Source of the DNA: a virus
Lineage: Duplodnaviria > Caudoviricetes
Length of the DNA: 55,412 nucleotides
Virus record (IMG/VR): IMGVR_UViG_3300025000_000128
Span: 1-55,412 of that record
Direction: 5' to 3' (one strand)
The notes beneath the pieces were generated by a model. It searched no databases and was not told the origin of the DNA. It worked only from the letters and a program-made list of their open reading frames with translations. Each line of letters opens with the position of its first letter. Position 1 is the first letter of the stretch. Positions 40,902 to 52,304 of the stretch are shown one piece after another. The position numbers were made by a program, and so were the translations under genes.

Positions 40902-41072
40902 ATGGATGAATTAACAGACAAAGAAAAGGAAGTTATTTACAATCTTATTGGTGAAATGAACTATTATGAAATCATGAATATATTATGTAGGACGTATGAA
41001 CTAGAAGAATTAGAGGATCATAGAAATATTCTTCTTAAGTGTTTGAAAAAGTTTAAAAAGGAGGATGATTAA
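40902..41072 (+). CDS. hypothetical protein (56 aa)
   Basis: AAAGGA RBS; MDELTDKEKEVIY.. Confidence 0.6.
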   Translation: MDELTDKEKEVIYNLIGEMNYYEIMNILCRTYELEELEDHRNILLKCLKKFKKEDD

Positions 41073-41074
41073 AA

Positions 41075-41341
41075 ATGAAAGTTTGGATACATGAATGTGG
41101 TGGAAATTTAAGTAATATGACAAACCAAATCAATATCTCAGAACCTATTGATTTTGCTCTTGTTGTAGGAGATAAATCATATAGGATGCAAACAGATAGA
41201 GATGGTAATTTGATGATTTCCTTAATTAATGGAGTTGACGCAAGATTTACAGCAGATAAAGGTTATCCCACTATTAATCTAATTCAAAAACATAATGTTC
41301 CAGATGATTGGTATGGACATTTAAAAGACTATAATAATTAG
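41075..41341 (+). CDS. hypothetical protein
   Basis: GGAGG RBS. Confidence 0.75.
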   Translation: MKVWIHECGGNLSNMTNQINISEPIDFALVVGDKSYRMQTDRDGNLMISLINGVDARFTADKGYPTINLIQKHNVPDDWYGHLKDYNN

Positions 41342-41397
41342 ATTAAAATATAACTTTTCTGGGAGTTTAAAATAAAAATAAAGAGGAGTGTGTACAT

Positions 41398-41919
41398 ATG
41401 AAAAAGAATTTAATACCTGCTATTGGAAGTACAAATAGAATGGGTAGAACTTTAACAAATGAAGAAAAAGTATCTTTCGCTCAAAGAAATCTCTTCAAAA
41501 TCTCCAAGAAACAAATGGTAAGAAGAATACTATCGTTTATCAATAACAATAATATATCTCATGCCGATAAAAAGCTTTTCAATAAAATTCTGGGAGATAC
41601 TAAAATTTTAAACAAGCTTCAAATTTGCACAGATGGTTCATATGTTAGTGGTCGAATCTATTATAAAAACTTCTTTAATGATTCTGAAAATGTTGCGATG
41701 ATTACTGGAACGCATTGGTACGATCATTATGTAGAAAATATGGGCGTAAGTACACTTGAAAAACTTAATTATATGAAATATAATTTTGAAGTAATATATT
41801 TACATTTGGTTGACGACAGCAAGGCATTGGAAGATAAAATATGGCAAGACGAAATGGATGAATTAATGCTAGATATTGATGATTATTTTGGAGAAGATTA
41901 TTACTATGAAGAAGCATAG
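41398..41919 (+). CDS. hypothetical protein with acidic tail
   Basis: 173 aa, GAGGAG RBS. Confidence 0.8.
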   Translation: MKKNLIPAIGSTNRMGRTLTNEEKVSFAQRNLFKISKKQMVRRILSFINNNNISHADKKLFNKILGDTKILNKLQICTDGSYVSGRIYYKNFFNDSENVAMITGTHWYDHYVENMGVSTLEKLNYMKYNFEVIYLHLVDDSKALEDKIWQDEMDELMLDIDDYFGEDYYYEEA

Positions 41920-41981
41920 TAGATGATCCATTAAAAACAGTCTTTGGTTTGGTTATAATTTAAGAAAGAAGGTAATTTTAA

Positions 41982-42233
41982 ATGAAAAGATACACATTAA
42001 TCTTAAACATTATCTTAAAAAGTGGTAAAGAAAAAAGATATGAAAGTTTTAACCCTGAAGCGATGACTAAAAAAGAAGTCGAAGAAATAGCCGACTCATT
42101 TAAAGATATTATGGATAAAACATATAAAAATGAAATAGTTGGAACAATAACCCTTAAGAATCGTTCTGGTACAGAAGTGTTAATTAACTCAGCAGAAATA
42201 GCTTTAATTGAATTTGAAATAGTGGAATGCTAA
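41982..42233 (+). CDS. hypothetical protein
   Basis: 83 aa, RBS; long hairpin 42244-42301 follows. Confidence 0.75.
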   Translation: MKRYTLILNIILKSGKEKRYESFNPEAMTKKEVEEIADSFKDIMDKTYKNEIVGTITLKNRSGTEVLINSAEIALIEFEIVEC

Positions 42234-42376
42234 TAACAGAGGGTTATTTCCCTCACTCATGTCCATTAATTAATATTTGTGGATGTGATTGAAGGAAATA
42301 ATTATTTTTAACTTATTGCAAATCTTATACCATTATGATATAATTATTTTAAGTTAAAGAAAGGTGGTTATTACAT

Positions 42377-42562
42377 ATGAGCGAAAATATATATCAAATA
42401 AATGGTTATGAGTCCAGAAAACACTATCTTCAATGCATGTCAGACGATTATGGTGTCCCTTTAGACGTTGTATATTCAATGGCAGACATTATGCCAGGAG
42501 AAGAATTTGACGGCCTAGTTAATGCATTAGAAGATACCGAAGGAATGTTTGATGAAGAATAG
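42377..42562 (+). CDS. hypothetical acidic protein
   Basis: GYESRKHYLQCMSDDYGVP..EEFDGLVNALED; hairpin after. Confidence 0.75.
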   Translation: MSENIYQINGYESRKHYLQCMSDDYGVPLDVVYSMADIMPGEEFDGLVNALEDTEGMFDEE

Positions 42563-42629
42563 GTAAAGGAAGGGAAGTCTAATAAACTTCCCTTCATACT
42601 AAAATAAAATTATTAAGGAGCGTGTCACT

Positions 42630-43619
42630 ATGTCTATCAATTTCAAAAGTCTATTCGCTGAGGCAACAATACATAATTCTGAATATGTAACAAACAAACA
42701 CATCTTAATCAAAAAATCTATCCTAAAGAAATCTCAACTTGCATTCATAAACCAATTCCCTCTCGACACTAAGTTAATCCAATCTCTATCCAAAACAATT
42801 GAAAATGAATCTAGAAAGCCAATTATCACTGAATTTATTCCTCAATCAATTCTAGAAGATAATCTCTACAACATCATCGTAACTGAACTAGACGGGGGTT
42901 ATAAAGGAGATAATGAATCAATATTTAAAGTATATCCTGCAATCCAAGAAGAGTATTATAACTTCATTCTATCTCTAAGATGCAAAATATTCATTGTTAA
43001 TAATGATCAAGTAAACCCACTAGTAATCTATAACAACGACAATGAATTTGTTGGGATAGTGTTACCTGTAAAAGTAAAATATTGTGATATTCCAAATGCT
43101 AAGAATTACATTGACTATCTTGCAGAACTAAAATTAGAACAAGATGCAAAAGAATTAGTTAAACAAAATTCTAAGAAATGCTTGTATATCAAAGATAATA
43201 AGGCAATAGTCAGAAATAAGGAATTAATCTGTGTGTCAGATTCAGTAAACGACAATACTTATGATAATCTCTATATTGAAAGATATATCAATGATAGTCC
43301 AGATGCTAACGTGTATATTGATTTAGGAATTGTTTGTGTATATATCCGAACTATAAGGAAAGACATGTTAGTTGAAGATATTAAATATTATCTAAGCAAT
43401 TTATCCAATTACACATTAGAAATGGCTCTAGCAAACATTTATAACCGCAAGAACAATAATCAATTTATCAATGTTGCAGACATTAAACTCATTGAACTAT
43501 CTGGAGCCAGCGAGCAAGAAGTTCAAGAACTAATTGATTATCGCCAAGAATGGTATGACAGAAAAGCTAAAGAGGATCAATTAAAGAAATCTAAACAAGA
43601 CCAAAAGGAGCATAAATAA
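42630..43619 (+). CDS. hypothetical protein
   Basis: 329 aa, AAGGAG RBS. Confidence 0.8.
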   Translation: MSINFKSLFAEATIHNSEYVTNKHILIKKSILKKSQLAFINQFPLDTKLIQSLSKTIENESRKPIITEFIPQSILEDNLYNIIVTELDGGYKGDNESIFKVYPAIQEEYYNFILSLRCKIFIVNNDQVNPLVIYNNDNEFVGIVLPVKVKYCDIPNAKNYIDYLAELKLEQDAKELVKQNSKKCLYIKDNKAIVRNKELICVSDSVNDNTYDNLYIERYINDSPDANVYIDLGIVCVYIRTIRKDMLVEDIKYYLSNLSNYTLEMALANIYNRKNNNQFINVADIKLIELSGASEQEVQELIDYRQEWYDRKAKEDQLKKSKQDQKEHK

Positions 43620-44493
43620 TGGATAATAAAATTTATAATACTGGCGATATAGAAAGAGACATTTTTCGTATGGCGGGGAGATTAGCAGGGTCACTATATA
43701 GTGTAGGATTAAAAGATGAAGCAATGGAGTTTACAAACAAAGTAATAGAACATCAAGACGATTGTAAAATGATACTTAAATTATGTATTGAATATACTAA
43801 ATTAATAGAAGAAACGAAAGGAAGATAAAACATGAAATTAAATTTAACAATCGTAGGAAAATCAATACAAGATATTAGAAATGCTATGGAGGCATTTATG
43901 GAAGATTTTAAAGACAATAGATTAGATAGCAATTGCAATTGGCCTCTTAATGATGGAAATGAAACTAAAATTGATTATGATTTTACAGACGGAAATGATG
44001 TCTTCAATAAAGGTATGGAAGGTGAACAATGGGGGGAAGAATTAAGAAAAGAAGTTAGGAAGGGAAGAAAGGATTGATTAATTATGCGTGAAGTAAACGA
44101 ACTTATCAACTTAATAACTGAAATAAGTAATGACCCATATTTAACTTATCAAGAAAGAAAAGATAAATTAAAAGAACTCAAATTAACTTATGAAGAAATG
44201 GAATCAATTTTTATGTCAATGTGTGGAATATGGACTAGTTTAAAGGAGTTGGAAATTGAATGTTAAGTGCTAAATTTGAATTTGATTTCTCTGATGATAA
44301 ACTTATCTCAAGATTGATTGAAGAATATAATGAATGCGAAAGCAAAGATTCAGATATTGTTTTAAATCTAAAAGGTCATGAGTTGCAAGCACTTTTGATT
44401 AATTTAATTATTGGTCGAATTCCATATCAAGTATGTACAAAATATGTTTTACCTGAATTGGCAAATAAGCAATTGAAAAATCAAAGCATTTGA
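43619..44493 (+). CDS. four small hypothetical genes (43619-43828, 43832-44077, 44084-44266, 44260-44493)
   Basis: tightly coupled ORFs, each with an RBS. Confidence 0.7.
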
Positions 44494-44540
44494 AAACTGC
44501 GATTTTAAGTGATAATAATTTTAAAAAAGGAGAATGAGAG

Positions 44541-45131
44541 ATGTTTGATAAAATTGAAAGCCTAAATACTATTATGAATCTAAACTTAAATATACATCAA
44601 TTCTACATACCTAAAACATATGAAGAATATCATAATCTTGTCGATAAATTTGAATTTTGTACTATAAGAACAGATCATAAATTTATATCAGAAGATTTGC
44701 CATTCTACATATTTAATAAACAAAAAGACAATGATGAATATCTTGATTTAATTTGGGATGAAGCACAAGGGAAACAATACAAACTTATCATAAGCGATGG
44801 TATTAAATATGATAATATTCAAAAATACAACATGGTCGCAAAAATACAAATGAATGGAGATTTTATATTTGAAGCATCTGACTTAAAAATTCCACTTAGA
44901 CATATGTATAGACATCCTTCTTCATTATTATCTTGTACTGGAAATTTGTCAGAAGGTATTCACCTTTGGCATATGTTTAACAAAAGATATGGAATAAATA
45001 AATTAATAATTAGGAGAGATTTGTTAACATTATATAATTTTGGATTATTTGATAAGTGGTTAGAGGTAACGAAGTATCCTATTCCAGTTGGCATTAAAGA
45101 GGAAAATATTGTATTTTGGCAGATAAAGTAA
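44541..45131 (+). CDS. hypothetical protein
   Basis: 196 aa, AAGGAG RBS. Confidence 0.8.
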   Translation: MFDKIESLNTIMNLNLNIHQFYIPKTYEEYHNLVDKFEFCTIRTDHKFISEDLPFYIFNKQKDNDEYLDLIWDEAQGKQYKLIISDGIKYDNIQKYNMVAKIQMNGDFIFEASDLKIPLRHMYRHPSSLLSCTGNLSEGIHLWHMFNKRYGINKLIIRRDLLTLYNFGLFDKWLEVTKYPIPVGIKEENIVFWQIK

Positions 45132-45168
45132 AGCCAATGAATCAGCAATTTGAAAGGAGGGAATTATA

Positions 45169-45429
45169 ATGATATATCAATTAAAAGCATATTATGGTGC
45201 ATTAGTAAATGGTAAGGTTATATATTCTGCCGAATTGACTTTTGATGACTGTACAAAATTACTAACTGAACCTTTAGATAGTGATTTTCTTAAAGATCAT
45301 ATAACTAATAAAATTATTGGGGATGGTTTTAATTCTGATGATTTCACTTTTGGTTGGCTTACTAAAGAACAGTACGAGAATAAAATTGAATCAAAAGTTG
45401 ATAAAAAGATTGAAGTAAAGAATAATTGA
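45169..45429 (+). CDS. hypothetical protein
   Basis: AGGAGG RBS. Confidence 0.75.
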   Translation: MIYQLKAYYGALVNGKVIYSAELTFDDCTKLLTEPLDSDFLKDHITNKIIGDGFNSDDFTFGWLTKEQYENKIESKVDKKIEVKNN

Positions 45430-45470
45430 AAAGTCAGTTCTATCCTGTAAATTGAAAGGAGTAATTAATA

Positions 45471-45827
45471 ATGCAAAAGCCAAAATTTGAAATAGGTGAT
45501 AGAGTAAAACATTACAAATATGGTAAGGGTATTATCCTTGGTAATTATCACAAAAGAGGAGAATATTATTACTGGCATATCCAATATGATAATAATACAT
45601 TTGGATATAATACTGAACAAAGTTTAAAATTGATAAGCAATAGTTTGAAACCATATATTGAATTTACAAAGGTAAAATATAAATACAATCCTAATTATGG
45701 AGATGATAGAATTTGTAAATGTGGTCATCCTTATTATAGACATTTTGATTCTTATGAAGACAATTATCCTTGTGGATGTAAATATTGTGATTGTTCAACT
45801 TTTGAAGAGGAGAATAAAACAAAATGA
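45471..45827 (+). CDS. SH3/YorP-like N-terminus plus Cys-rich C-terminus
   Basis: KFEIGDRVKHYKYGKGII; CKCGHPYYRHFD..CGCKYCDC. Confidence 0.6.
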   Translation: MQKPKFEIGDRVKHYKYGKGIILGNYHKRGEYYYWHIQYDNNTFGYNTEQSLKLISNSLKPYIEFTKVKYKYNPNYGDDRICKCGHPYYRHFDSYEDNYPCGCKYCDCSTFEEENKTK

Positions 45828-46063
45828 GAACATCTAAAATATTAATACCTAAATATTATATTGTTGACCATGACACACAAGAAAGATATGATTTCCCAGA
45901 CAATAAACCGATTCCAAGGATTGGCGAAACTATGGAGATTAAAAGTAGAATTTATGGAGTAATTTATATTATTCATGTTCCAGAACGAAGGGAATATTTA
46001 ATTGTAATTGAAGATATGACAGATTATTTAATTAGTATAAAGAAGGAGAACAAAACAAAATAA
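45824..46063 (+). CDS. hypothetical protein
   Basis: flanked by direct repeat AGGAGAAYAAAACAAAAT. Confidence 0.7.
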   Translation: MRTSKILIPKYYIVDHDTQERYDFPDNKPIPRIGETMEIKSRIYGVIYIIHVPERREYLIVIEDMTDYLISIKKENKTK

Positions 46064-46248
46064 AAATCACACAAACCCTAGAAGTTTCCAAGCAAGAGAA
46101 AAATATCATCTATAATGCATTAGAAGCATACATTAGATATCTCACAGAAATGCTACCAGACAGTCCAGAAGGTGCAAGTAAGACGTTAATTAATACTACT
46201 CTAACAGATACTAACAGATTATTGTCTGAAATGTCACAGAGCATGTAA
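46060..46248 (+). CDS. hypothetical protein (62 aa) from an ATA start
   Basis: ATA sits where ATG 45824 sits in the same RBS repeat; open frame KITQTLEVSKQEKNII.. Confidence 0.5.
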   Translation: MKITQTLEVSKQEKNIIYNALEAYIRYLTEMLPDSPEGASKTLINTTLTDTNRLLSEMSQSM

Positions 46249-46346
46249 AAATTAATTAAAGGTAATTCCATCCAACATGTCGAATTGTCTATTAATCAAA
46301 TCAAATTTAATCTCAAAGAAACAAAATAAATCAATTTTAAAAGGAT

Positions 46347-47707
46347 GTGATTAAGATAGAATTCAAATCAAAAGTAAATTGCATTTTTTATAGACGTAAA
46401 ATATGTATGCTTCATTATCCAAAAAATAAATGTGAAGGATTATGTAATAAATATAAAGAAACAAATTATGGTGAAACTAAATTAATACTATTTATAATGT
46501 TGCTTGTTTTGATCTTTATGATTTATTGTTTATTAAATAGTTACGATGAATTTAGTTTTTGAAAGGAGAATTAAATAATGCAAAGAAACTTAACCTTAGA
46601 AGAAGTAATACTACTCAATAAATCTAAAGTAGAAATGCTTAAAAACAAATATAATATTCAAATTAATGTTCAAACACATAGTATTGGTATGGGAGATAAG
46701 GGATATGATTATTGTATTTACAATCCTAAGAATGGGAAATCGTGGTCTAGTGATATAGATGGAGAGCGTTTGGAAACAGATGTGTTATGGGTAGTTTATT
46801 AAAACCAAGTAATTAAAATTCGACTTTTATTGGATAAGAAGAAAGGAGAAAAAATAATGATATACTTAATGGGAAAAGAATTAAATCTAAAAGTATCTAT
46901 GGATATTATGGATCAATTAGATGAAGAATTATGTAAATCTTGCTCAATGATTAGTAACAATTGTAAAAATGAATACTGTGAAAGATATGAGACAGAATTT
47001 GATATTAGAAAGGAATTCATAAACAATGAAGCCAAATAAAACAATCATAGAAATGGATTCTTCTAAATTACTCAAAGCATTTGAAAGTGAAGTAAATGAA
47101 TATGGCGGTAAGAGGTATGATTTTTTAGGGAATATTATGCCAAGGTATAATCAGAATAGAATTAAAATGTTGAGAACTGAATTGTTTAGGAGATTAGGAT
47201 TAGTTAATGAAGAAAGTGATATTCCTACATTAAATGATGAATTTTTTGCGAGTGTTGATAAAAGTATTAAAGACAAATTAACAATGAAATATGGAGAAAT
47301 TATTGAACCACCTTCAAATGATAGCTATATTAAACTGGCTGAAGAAAGTAATATTAAGATAAGAAATAGTTTTAAAGTTCCAAGTCACTTATTATAAAAT
47401 GTGAAGAAAGTATAAGGAGGAATAATTAATGAGAGAAGGACAAAGAGGTAAGTTCATAGGTAACGAAAATTATGATGGTGATCTAATGGGAGGAGAATTA
47501 TTTACAATTACAGAGTTAATTGAATATTTTCCTGAAGAAAAGAGTTGGGTATTTAAAATGGAACTAGATACTGGAGGTGGAGAATGTTTATTAAGTGATA
47601 TGGTTGAAATGTTTACCGAAGCAGATGATTTAATGACGTTGAAAAATTTGATTAATAAGTATCCAGAGCAAGCAAATCAATATTTAGGAATAAGGAGGAA
47701 TAAGTAA
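46347..47707 (+). CDS. five small hypothetical genes (46347-46562 with C-terminal TM, 46578-46802, 46857-47039, 47026-47397, 47429-47707)
   Basis: consecutive ORFs with RBSs. Confidence 0.7.
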
Positions 47708-47881
47708 ATGAAATATATACCAGAAGATATGAATACTAAGGTCAATGATAATGAAACATTATTACAATTCATCAGAAATAGCGAGAAGGAATTCGGTATG
47801 AATGTTGCTAATCTTGGAGTTATGACAGATAAAGAATTCAATGATTATATTTATTTTCTTGATGATTTGTGGTGTAAATAA
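47708..47881 (+). CDS. 57-aa protein, paralog A
   Basis: NETLLQFIRNSEKEF..FLDDLWCK; AGGAGG RBS. Confidence 0.75.
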   Translation: MKYIPEDMNTKVNDNETLLQFIRNSEKEFGMNVANLGVMTDKEFNDYIYFLDDLWCK

Positions 47882-48135
47882 TGATATTTAAAATAATTGG
47901 AGCACTAGGACTTCTATTAATATCTATAGGCATCATAACTAAAACTAGAAAAACACAAGATATTTATTATATATTTGGAGGTATATGTTTAGAATTATAT
48001 AGTATGTTTCTTGGCGATATGATATTTATAGTATTACAAGCGTTCTTTACTGTATCTGCTTGTTATGATTTGGCTAAGACTGAAGGAGGAAATAAAAATG
48101 AAACAGGAAAAATTCAAAAAATGTTCAATCCTTAA
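47881..48135 (+). CDS. small membrane protein (about 3 TM)
   Basis: three hydrophobic segments. Confidence 0.7.
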   Translation: MIFKIIGALGLLLISIGIITKTRKTQDIYYIFGGICLELYSMFLGDMIFIVLQAFFTVSACYDLAKTEGGNKNETGKIQKMFNP

Positions 48136-48439
48136 AGAAACTAATAGTCACTACTCCAATTCTTCAGATAAATTCCTTAACATTCTTCCATTTGGAGAAA
48201 TGGATAGGACTAGTGGTAAATATACACATGGTGAAATAATACCAATGACTGAGGAAGATAAGAAGAGGGATAGAGAAGAGATTAAGTCGTATATGAATAA
48301 TAAAGGGCATATTTTCTCATTAATATGCTCTTGTGGGCATATAATGAGTGGTATTATTACAAGTAATGATATCTATGATAAATTACATTGTGATTGTGGA
48401 TTGGCCTGGAAAGTAAATAAACCTTATGTGGAGGATTAA
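48098..48439 (+). CDS. Zn-ribbon protein
   Basis: CSCGH..CDCG; AGGAGG RBS before 48098. Confidence 0.7.
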   Translation: MKQEKFKKCSILKETNSHYSNSSDKFLNILPFGEMDRTSGKYTHGEIIPMTEEDKKRDREEIKSYMNNKGHIFSLICSCGHIMSGIITSNDIYDKLHCDCGLAWKVNKPYVED

Positions 48440-48630
48440 TAAATGATTGACAGAGAGTTATTTGTATTTTATCAAAGGAATAATAAACTTTATCAAGTAC
48501 AATTAGATGATGAAGAAACAAATATATTAACAGAAACAATAATCACTTTACACGATGGTAGGATTAAAATTATGGAAGAGGAATTTTGTGATATTGACAA
48601 AAGAAATTAAATAAATGGAGGAATAATTTA

Positions 48631-48804
48631 ATGCAATACACATCAGAAGACATGAATAAACAAGTAAATGAAAATGAAACATTATTACAATTCATTAGAA
48701 ACAGCGAGAAAGAATTTAATCTAAATGTTGCTTGTCTGGGGTCTATGACAGATAAACAATTTAATGATTATATCGACTTTCTTGATGATTTGTGGTGTAA
48801 ATAA
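48631..48804 (+). CDS. 57-aa protein, paralog B
   Basis: close copy of 47708..47881. Confidence 0.75.
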   Translation: MQYTSEDMNKQVNENETLLQFIRNSEKEFNLNVACLGSMTDKQFNDYIDFLDDLWCK

Positions 48805-48951
48805 TGCTCAAATATAATTTCAAAGATAGTGATTTCGAATATTTACATGAAGTTATAGGCGTTATATGGAATAATGATGGTTATCCATATCTTAATGGAA
48901 TTAAATTATCAGAAGAGAATTTATTGGAATTATTAGAGGGGGAATAATTAA

Positions 48952-49284
48952 ATGAATTGTGTAATTTGTAACAAAGAAATAACTAAAAGTATGTTCACTA
49001 ATAAAAACCTGTGTAGTAGTGAATGTTTTCAAATTGACTTTTGGAATGATAATGTTGAGATCAAAGATGAATTACATATTGCTAGAATTAAAGGTGAGCA
49101 ATATTGCATAGGAAATGAAAATAAAAGCAACCCATTTAGAGGATTTGGTGGAAGAAAATTTATTATTAAGTTCTTCGATGGCAGAGAAATTATTAGTACG
49201 AATCTTTGGTACAATGGTAAAATTCCAGAAAGTCATATTGGATTATTGCCGGATAATGCAGAGTTTATTGAAGGAGAGAATTAA
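48952..49284 (+). CDS. hypothetical protein with N-terminal Zn finger
   Basis: CVIC..CSSEC; GFGGRKFIIKFFDG..TNLWYNGKIP. Confidence 0.75.
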   Translation: MNCVICNKEITKSMFTNKNLCSSECFQIDFWNDNVEIKDELHIARIKGEQYCIGNENKSNPFRGFGGRKFIIKFFDGREIISTNLWYNGKIPESHIGLLPDNAEFIEGEN

Positions 49285-49285
49285 A

Positions 49286-49681
49286 ATGAAACAAAATATC
49301 ACTATTGATCAACTAAAAGAATTGACTTTAGAACAACAAAACAAACTTAGAGATTTGTGGCAACCAGAACAATATGATTGTGTTGCTTACACTTATAAAT
49401 ATTATGAAGAACTTACTACAAGCGAAGTTGTCATTAAAGGGCTGTATAATAATGATCCTAATTTTATTGAAGAGGTATCCGACTTAGAAGGTGAATATGT
49501 ATTTCCAAAATGCAATTGTTTACCTCTACTAAATGTTGGTCAAATGTTTGAAATGTTATTGGGTTGTAGTTGTATAGATTGCACTTTGAGATTACTTGAT
49601 GAAAGAGTTAAAGGCAAAATTTATGGAATGGAATTATGTGATGCATTATGGGTTTTAACAAAACAATATTTAAGTATTTAA
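49286..49681 (+). CDS. hypothetical protein
   Basis: AAGGAG RBS before 49286; the longer track start overlaps the upstream gene. Confidence 0.75.
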   Translation: MKQNITIDQLKELTLEQQNKLRDLWQPEQYDCVAYTYKYYEELTTSEVVIKGLYNNDPNFIEEVSDLEGEYVFPKCNCLPLLNVGQMFEMLLGCSCIDCTLRLLDERVKGKIYGMELCDALWVLTKQYLSI

Positions 49682-49865
49682 GAGATAAGGAATGGATATT
49701 TATCAATGATTAAAGAAAAATTTGATTTAAAATACTACAATGAAGTTGAAATATGGGCAGAAAAACATAATATGTCAATAAATAATGCAATCAATTTTAT
49801 GATAAAATATTTTTTGGATCAGAATACAGAAATATTAGTAAGAGTATACAAGGAGGAAATTAATA

Positions 49866-50728
49866 ATGAAAAATCTTGAATTAACAACAAATGAATTATA
49901 TTTCCTAGCATGGCAAATGAGAAAATTAAATCATGAGCATAAAAATAAATATGCTAAATCCATTTATGACAAGGCAATTGTACTATTTGATGACAAACCA
50001 TTCGCAAATGTAATTTCAAGTGAAGAATTTGAAAGAGAATATGAATCTGAATGGGTAAGGAGTTGACAATATGAGTGATATACAGCTTCGTAGATTCTTG
50101 GAAGTTAAGGAATTTTATGATGGGATGAAATATGTTCCAGTAAGGTCTGCTTATATATTATTAGAAGATAGATTAGAATATCAATTGAAAATTGAAGAGT
50201 TAGAAAAACAATTATTACATGCAATTAAAACTGGTGGAGAATATTTAGAAATAAAGAATGTATTGAATTGAGCAAACGAAATCTTTAATTGTTGGGAGAG
50301 AAAGGAATTGATAAAATGAACAGATTTGATATAAGATGGTGTACTAAATATTTGCCTAAAACTTATACTAGCATTCTTAATGTATCCCTAAACTGCACAT
50401 ATAAAGAATGCAATACAGACTATAAAATTTGTAAATATATTTCAAAAGTCCCCATTTATCAACCATATGTAAAGTAGTTATTTCCCAGAAAAGCATTGTT
50501 TGATGCTACAATAAAATCAGGAGGTGAAATTAAATGAGTGGATATGGAGATTTGGTTCCTGCTTATGAAATATTAAAGGCACAGGCAAAAGAAGCAAAGG
50601 AGTCTCAATATGTACATATGAATAGTCAAGAATTATTGGATTTTTATATGGAACTACGTTATTGGAGTTTACACCATACTACAACTGATATTAGTAATGA
50701 AATATTAAGAAGGATGGATAGTAAATAA
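49866..50728 (+). CDS. four small hypothetical genes (49866-50066, 50071-50271, 50316-50477, 50534-50728)
   Basis: consecutive ORFs with RBSs. Confidence 0.65.
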
Positions 50729-50804
50729 TATGAATTTGTCAATTTAAAGAGTATTTAAAATTTACATTATATGGTATATTGAATAGTAAAGCGTAAAATA
50801 ATAT

Positions 50805-50833
50805 TTGACATAGACTTAACAAAATGATATACT
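50805..50833 (+). promoter_or_regulatory. sigmaA promoter
   Basis: TTGACA-17-TATACT, extended TG, preceded by GTAAAATAATAT. Confidence 0.75.
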
Positions 50834-50871
50834 ATAAATAAGGAATAAACAAATGAAAGGCGGTACATATT

Positions 50872-51943
50872 ATGGAATTAAGCATAGAGGGCAAGGACAT
50901 TATCATAAAATTAAATGACACACAAATTAAAGAGGCAAAACGTCAAATGGAATTATCAATAAAGCAAGCCAATGATTTGATTGCCACCTTCCAACGGGAA
51001 TCAAGAATTACTACAAATTCATTTTCAAATTTAATTAGTAATCTGGTAAGAGTTCAGGCAGATTTTGCTAAACAAGAGGGAATAGTACATGGTAGTGAAT
51101 ATTTTAATCAAATGAAAGAATGTATATTCTAAATATTTGTATTGCCAAATCAAAATGATAATATTCCAAACAATTAAGGGTTTGTAAATATCTTAATTGT
51201 TTGGAATAAATCTATATAAGGAGGTGATACATATGAGTAACACAGATAAATTTTATCAATTATATCTTGCAAATAAACTAAATCTAGATGACATAGATGA
51301 TTATATTGAACAATGGCATACTGGAGACAGTAAAGAAGAAATTTATGAATTCTTAGGTATGAGCCAAGATATTTATAGGTTATGGGTTGATAGTTGTCAG
51401 TTGCGAAGATTTACAAATATAATATTAAAAGGAGAGTGAATAAATAATTGAGCGAAACATTATATGAGTGCCCAAAATGTCATACTTATCACAATGCAAA
51501 AGAATGGAATGATTATAATGGGCTAGGTATCGAATTTCGAGCAACAATTAAATTACCAGAAGCAATAGATAAAAAAGCTAATTTAATTTGTCTAACCTGT
51601 AATAGAAGAATTTGTTGTGAAGATATGTGTGAAGTAATTTAATCTAAGGAGGAGAGATTGTATAATGAACGTACAAACAATGGCACAGGAAGTAATTAAA
51701 ACTTTTAATAAAATTACTTATGTAAATAATCAAGATGATATTATTACAGATATATTATCAGATTTTGCTATAAAAATGTATAATGAAGGATACAAAACTG
51801 CCAATGACGATGCTAAAAATGTCGTTCAAGAAATTTATCAAAAAGAAAATCAAAGAATTAATGATCAATATGGGAAAGAAGTTCAAAGAATTAATAAACA
51901 ATTACATGGGATATTACAAGATGTTAGAAATATAAGGTGGTGA
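50872..51943 (+). CDS. four small hypothetical genes (50872-51132, 51233-51439, 51448-51642 Zn-finger, 51665-51943)
   Basis: consecutive ORFs with RBSs. Confidence 0.7.
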
Positions 51944-51983
51944 TTAGTGGATTATTGTTTTAATAATATATAAATAAAAATAA

Positions 51984-52012
51984 TTGACATATGTAATCAG
52001 AAATGATATAAT
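51984..52012 (+). promoter_or_regulatory. sigmaA promoter
   Basis: TTGACA-17-TATAAT, extended TG. Confidence 0.8.
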
Positions 52013-52304
52013 ATTATGTGGAGTAAATATAGGTGAGAGGAAGTGAATACATATGTGTTTTGTAGAAATAGATATTGATGCAATCATTAAAGAAGAATGT
52101 AAAGATCCTGAGTTCAAAAGAGAATATGAAAAAGTTAAAGAAAGATATGGCAAAAAGAATATTAGTAAGAAAAGATATAGAGCAATTGATAGGGTTAGAA
52201 TGATTAAGAAGTAGGGGTAGAAAGATGGATAAGAAATTAATTGTGTATGGGTTTACTTAGGTAAGAAATAAATCTTGGTAAATATGAAAGGATGATTAAA
52301 CAAA

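Noticed and set aside
47708-48804. DGR template/variable repeat pair
   Set aside because: Differences are not adenine-specific and no reverse transcriptase is present in the window.
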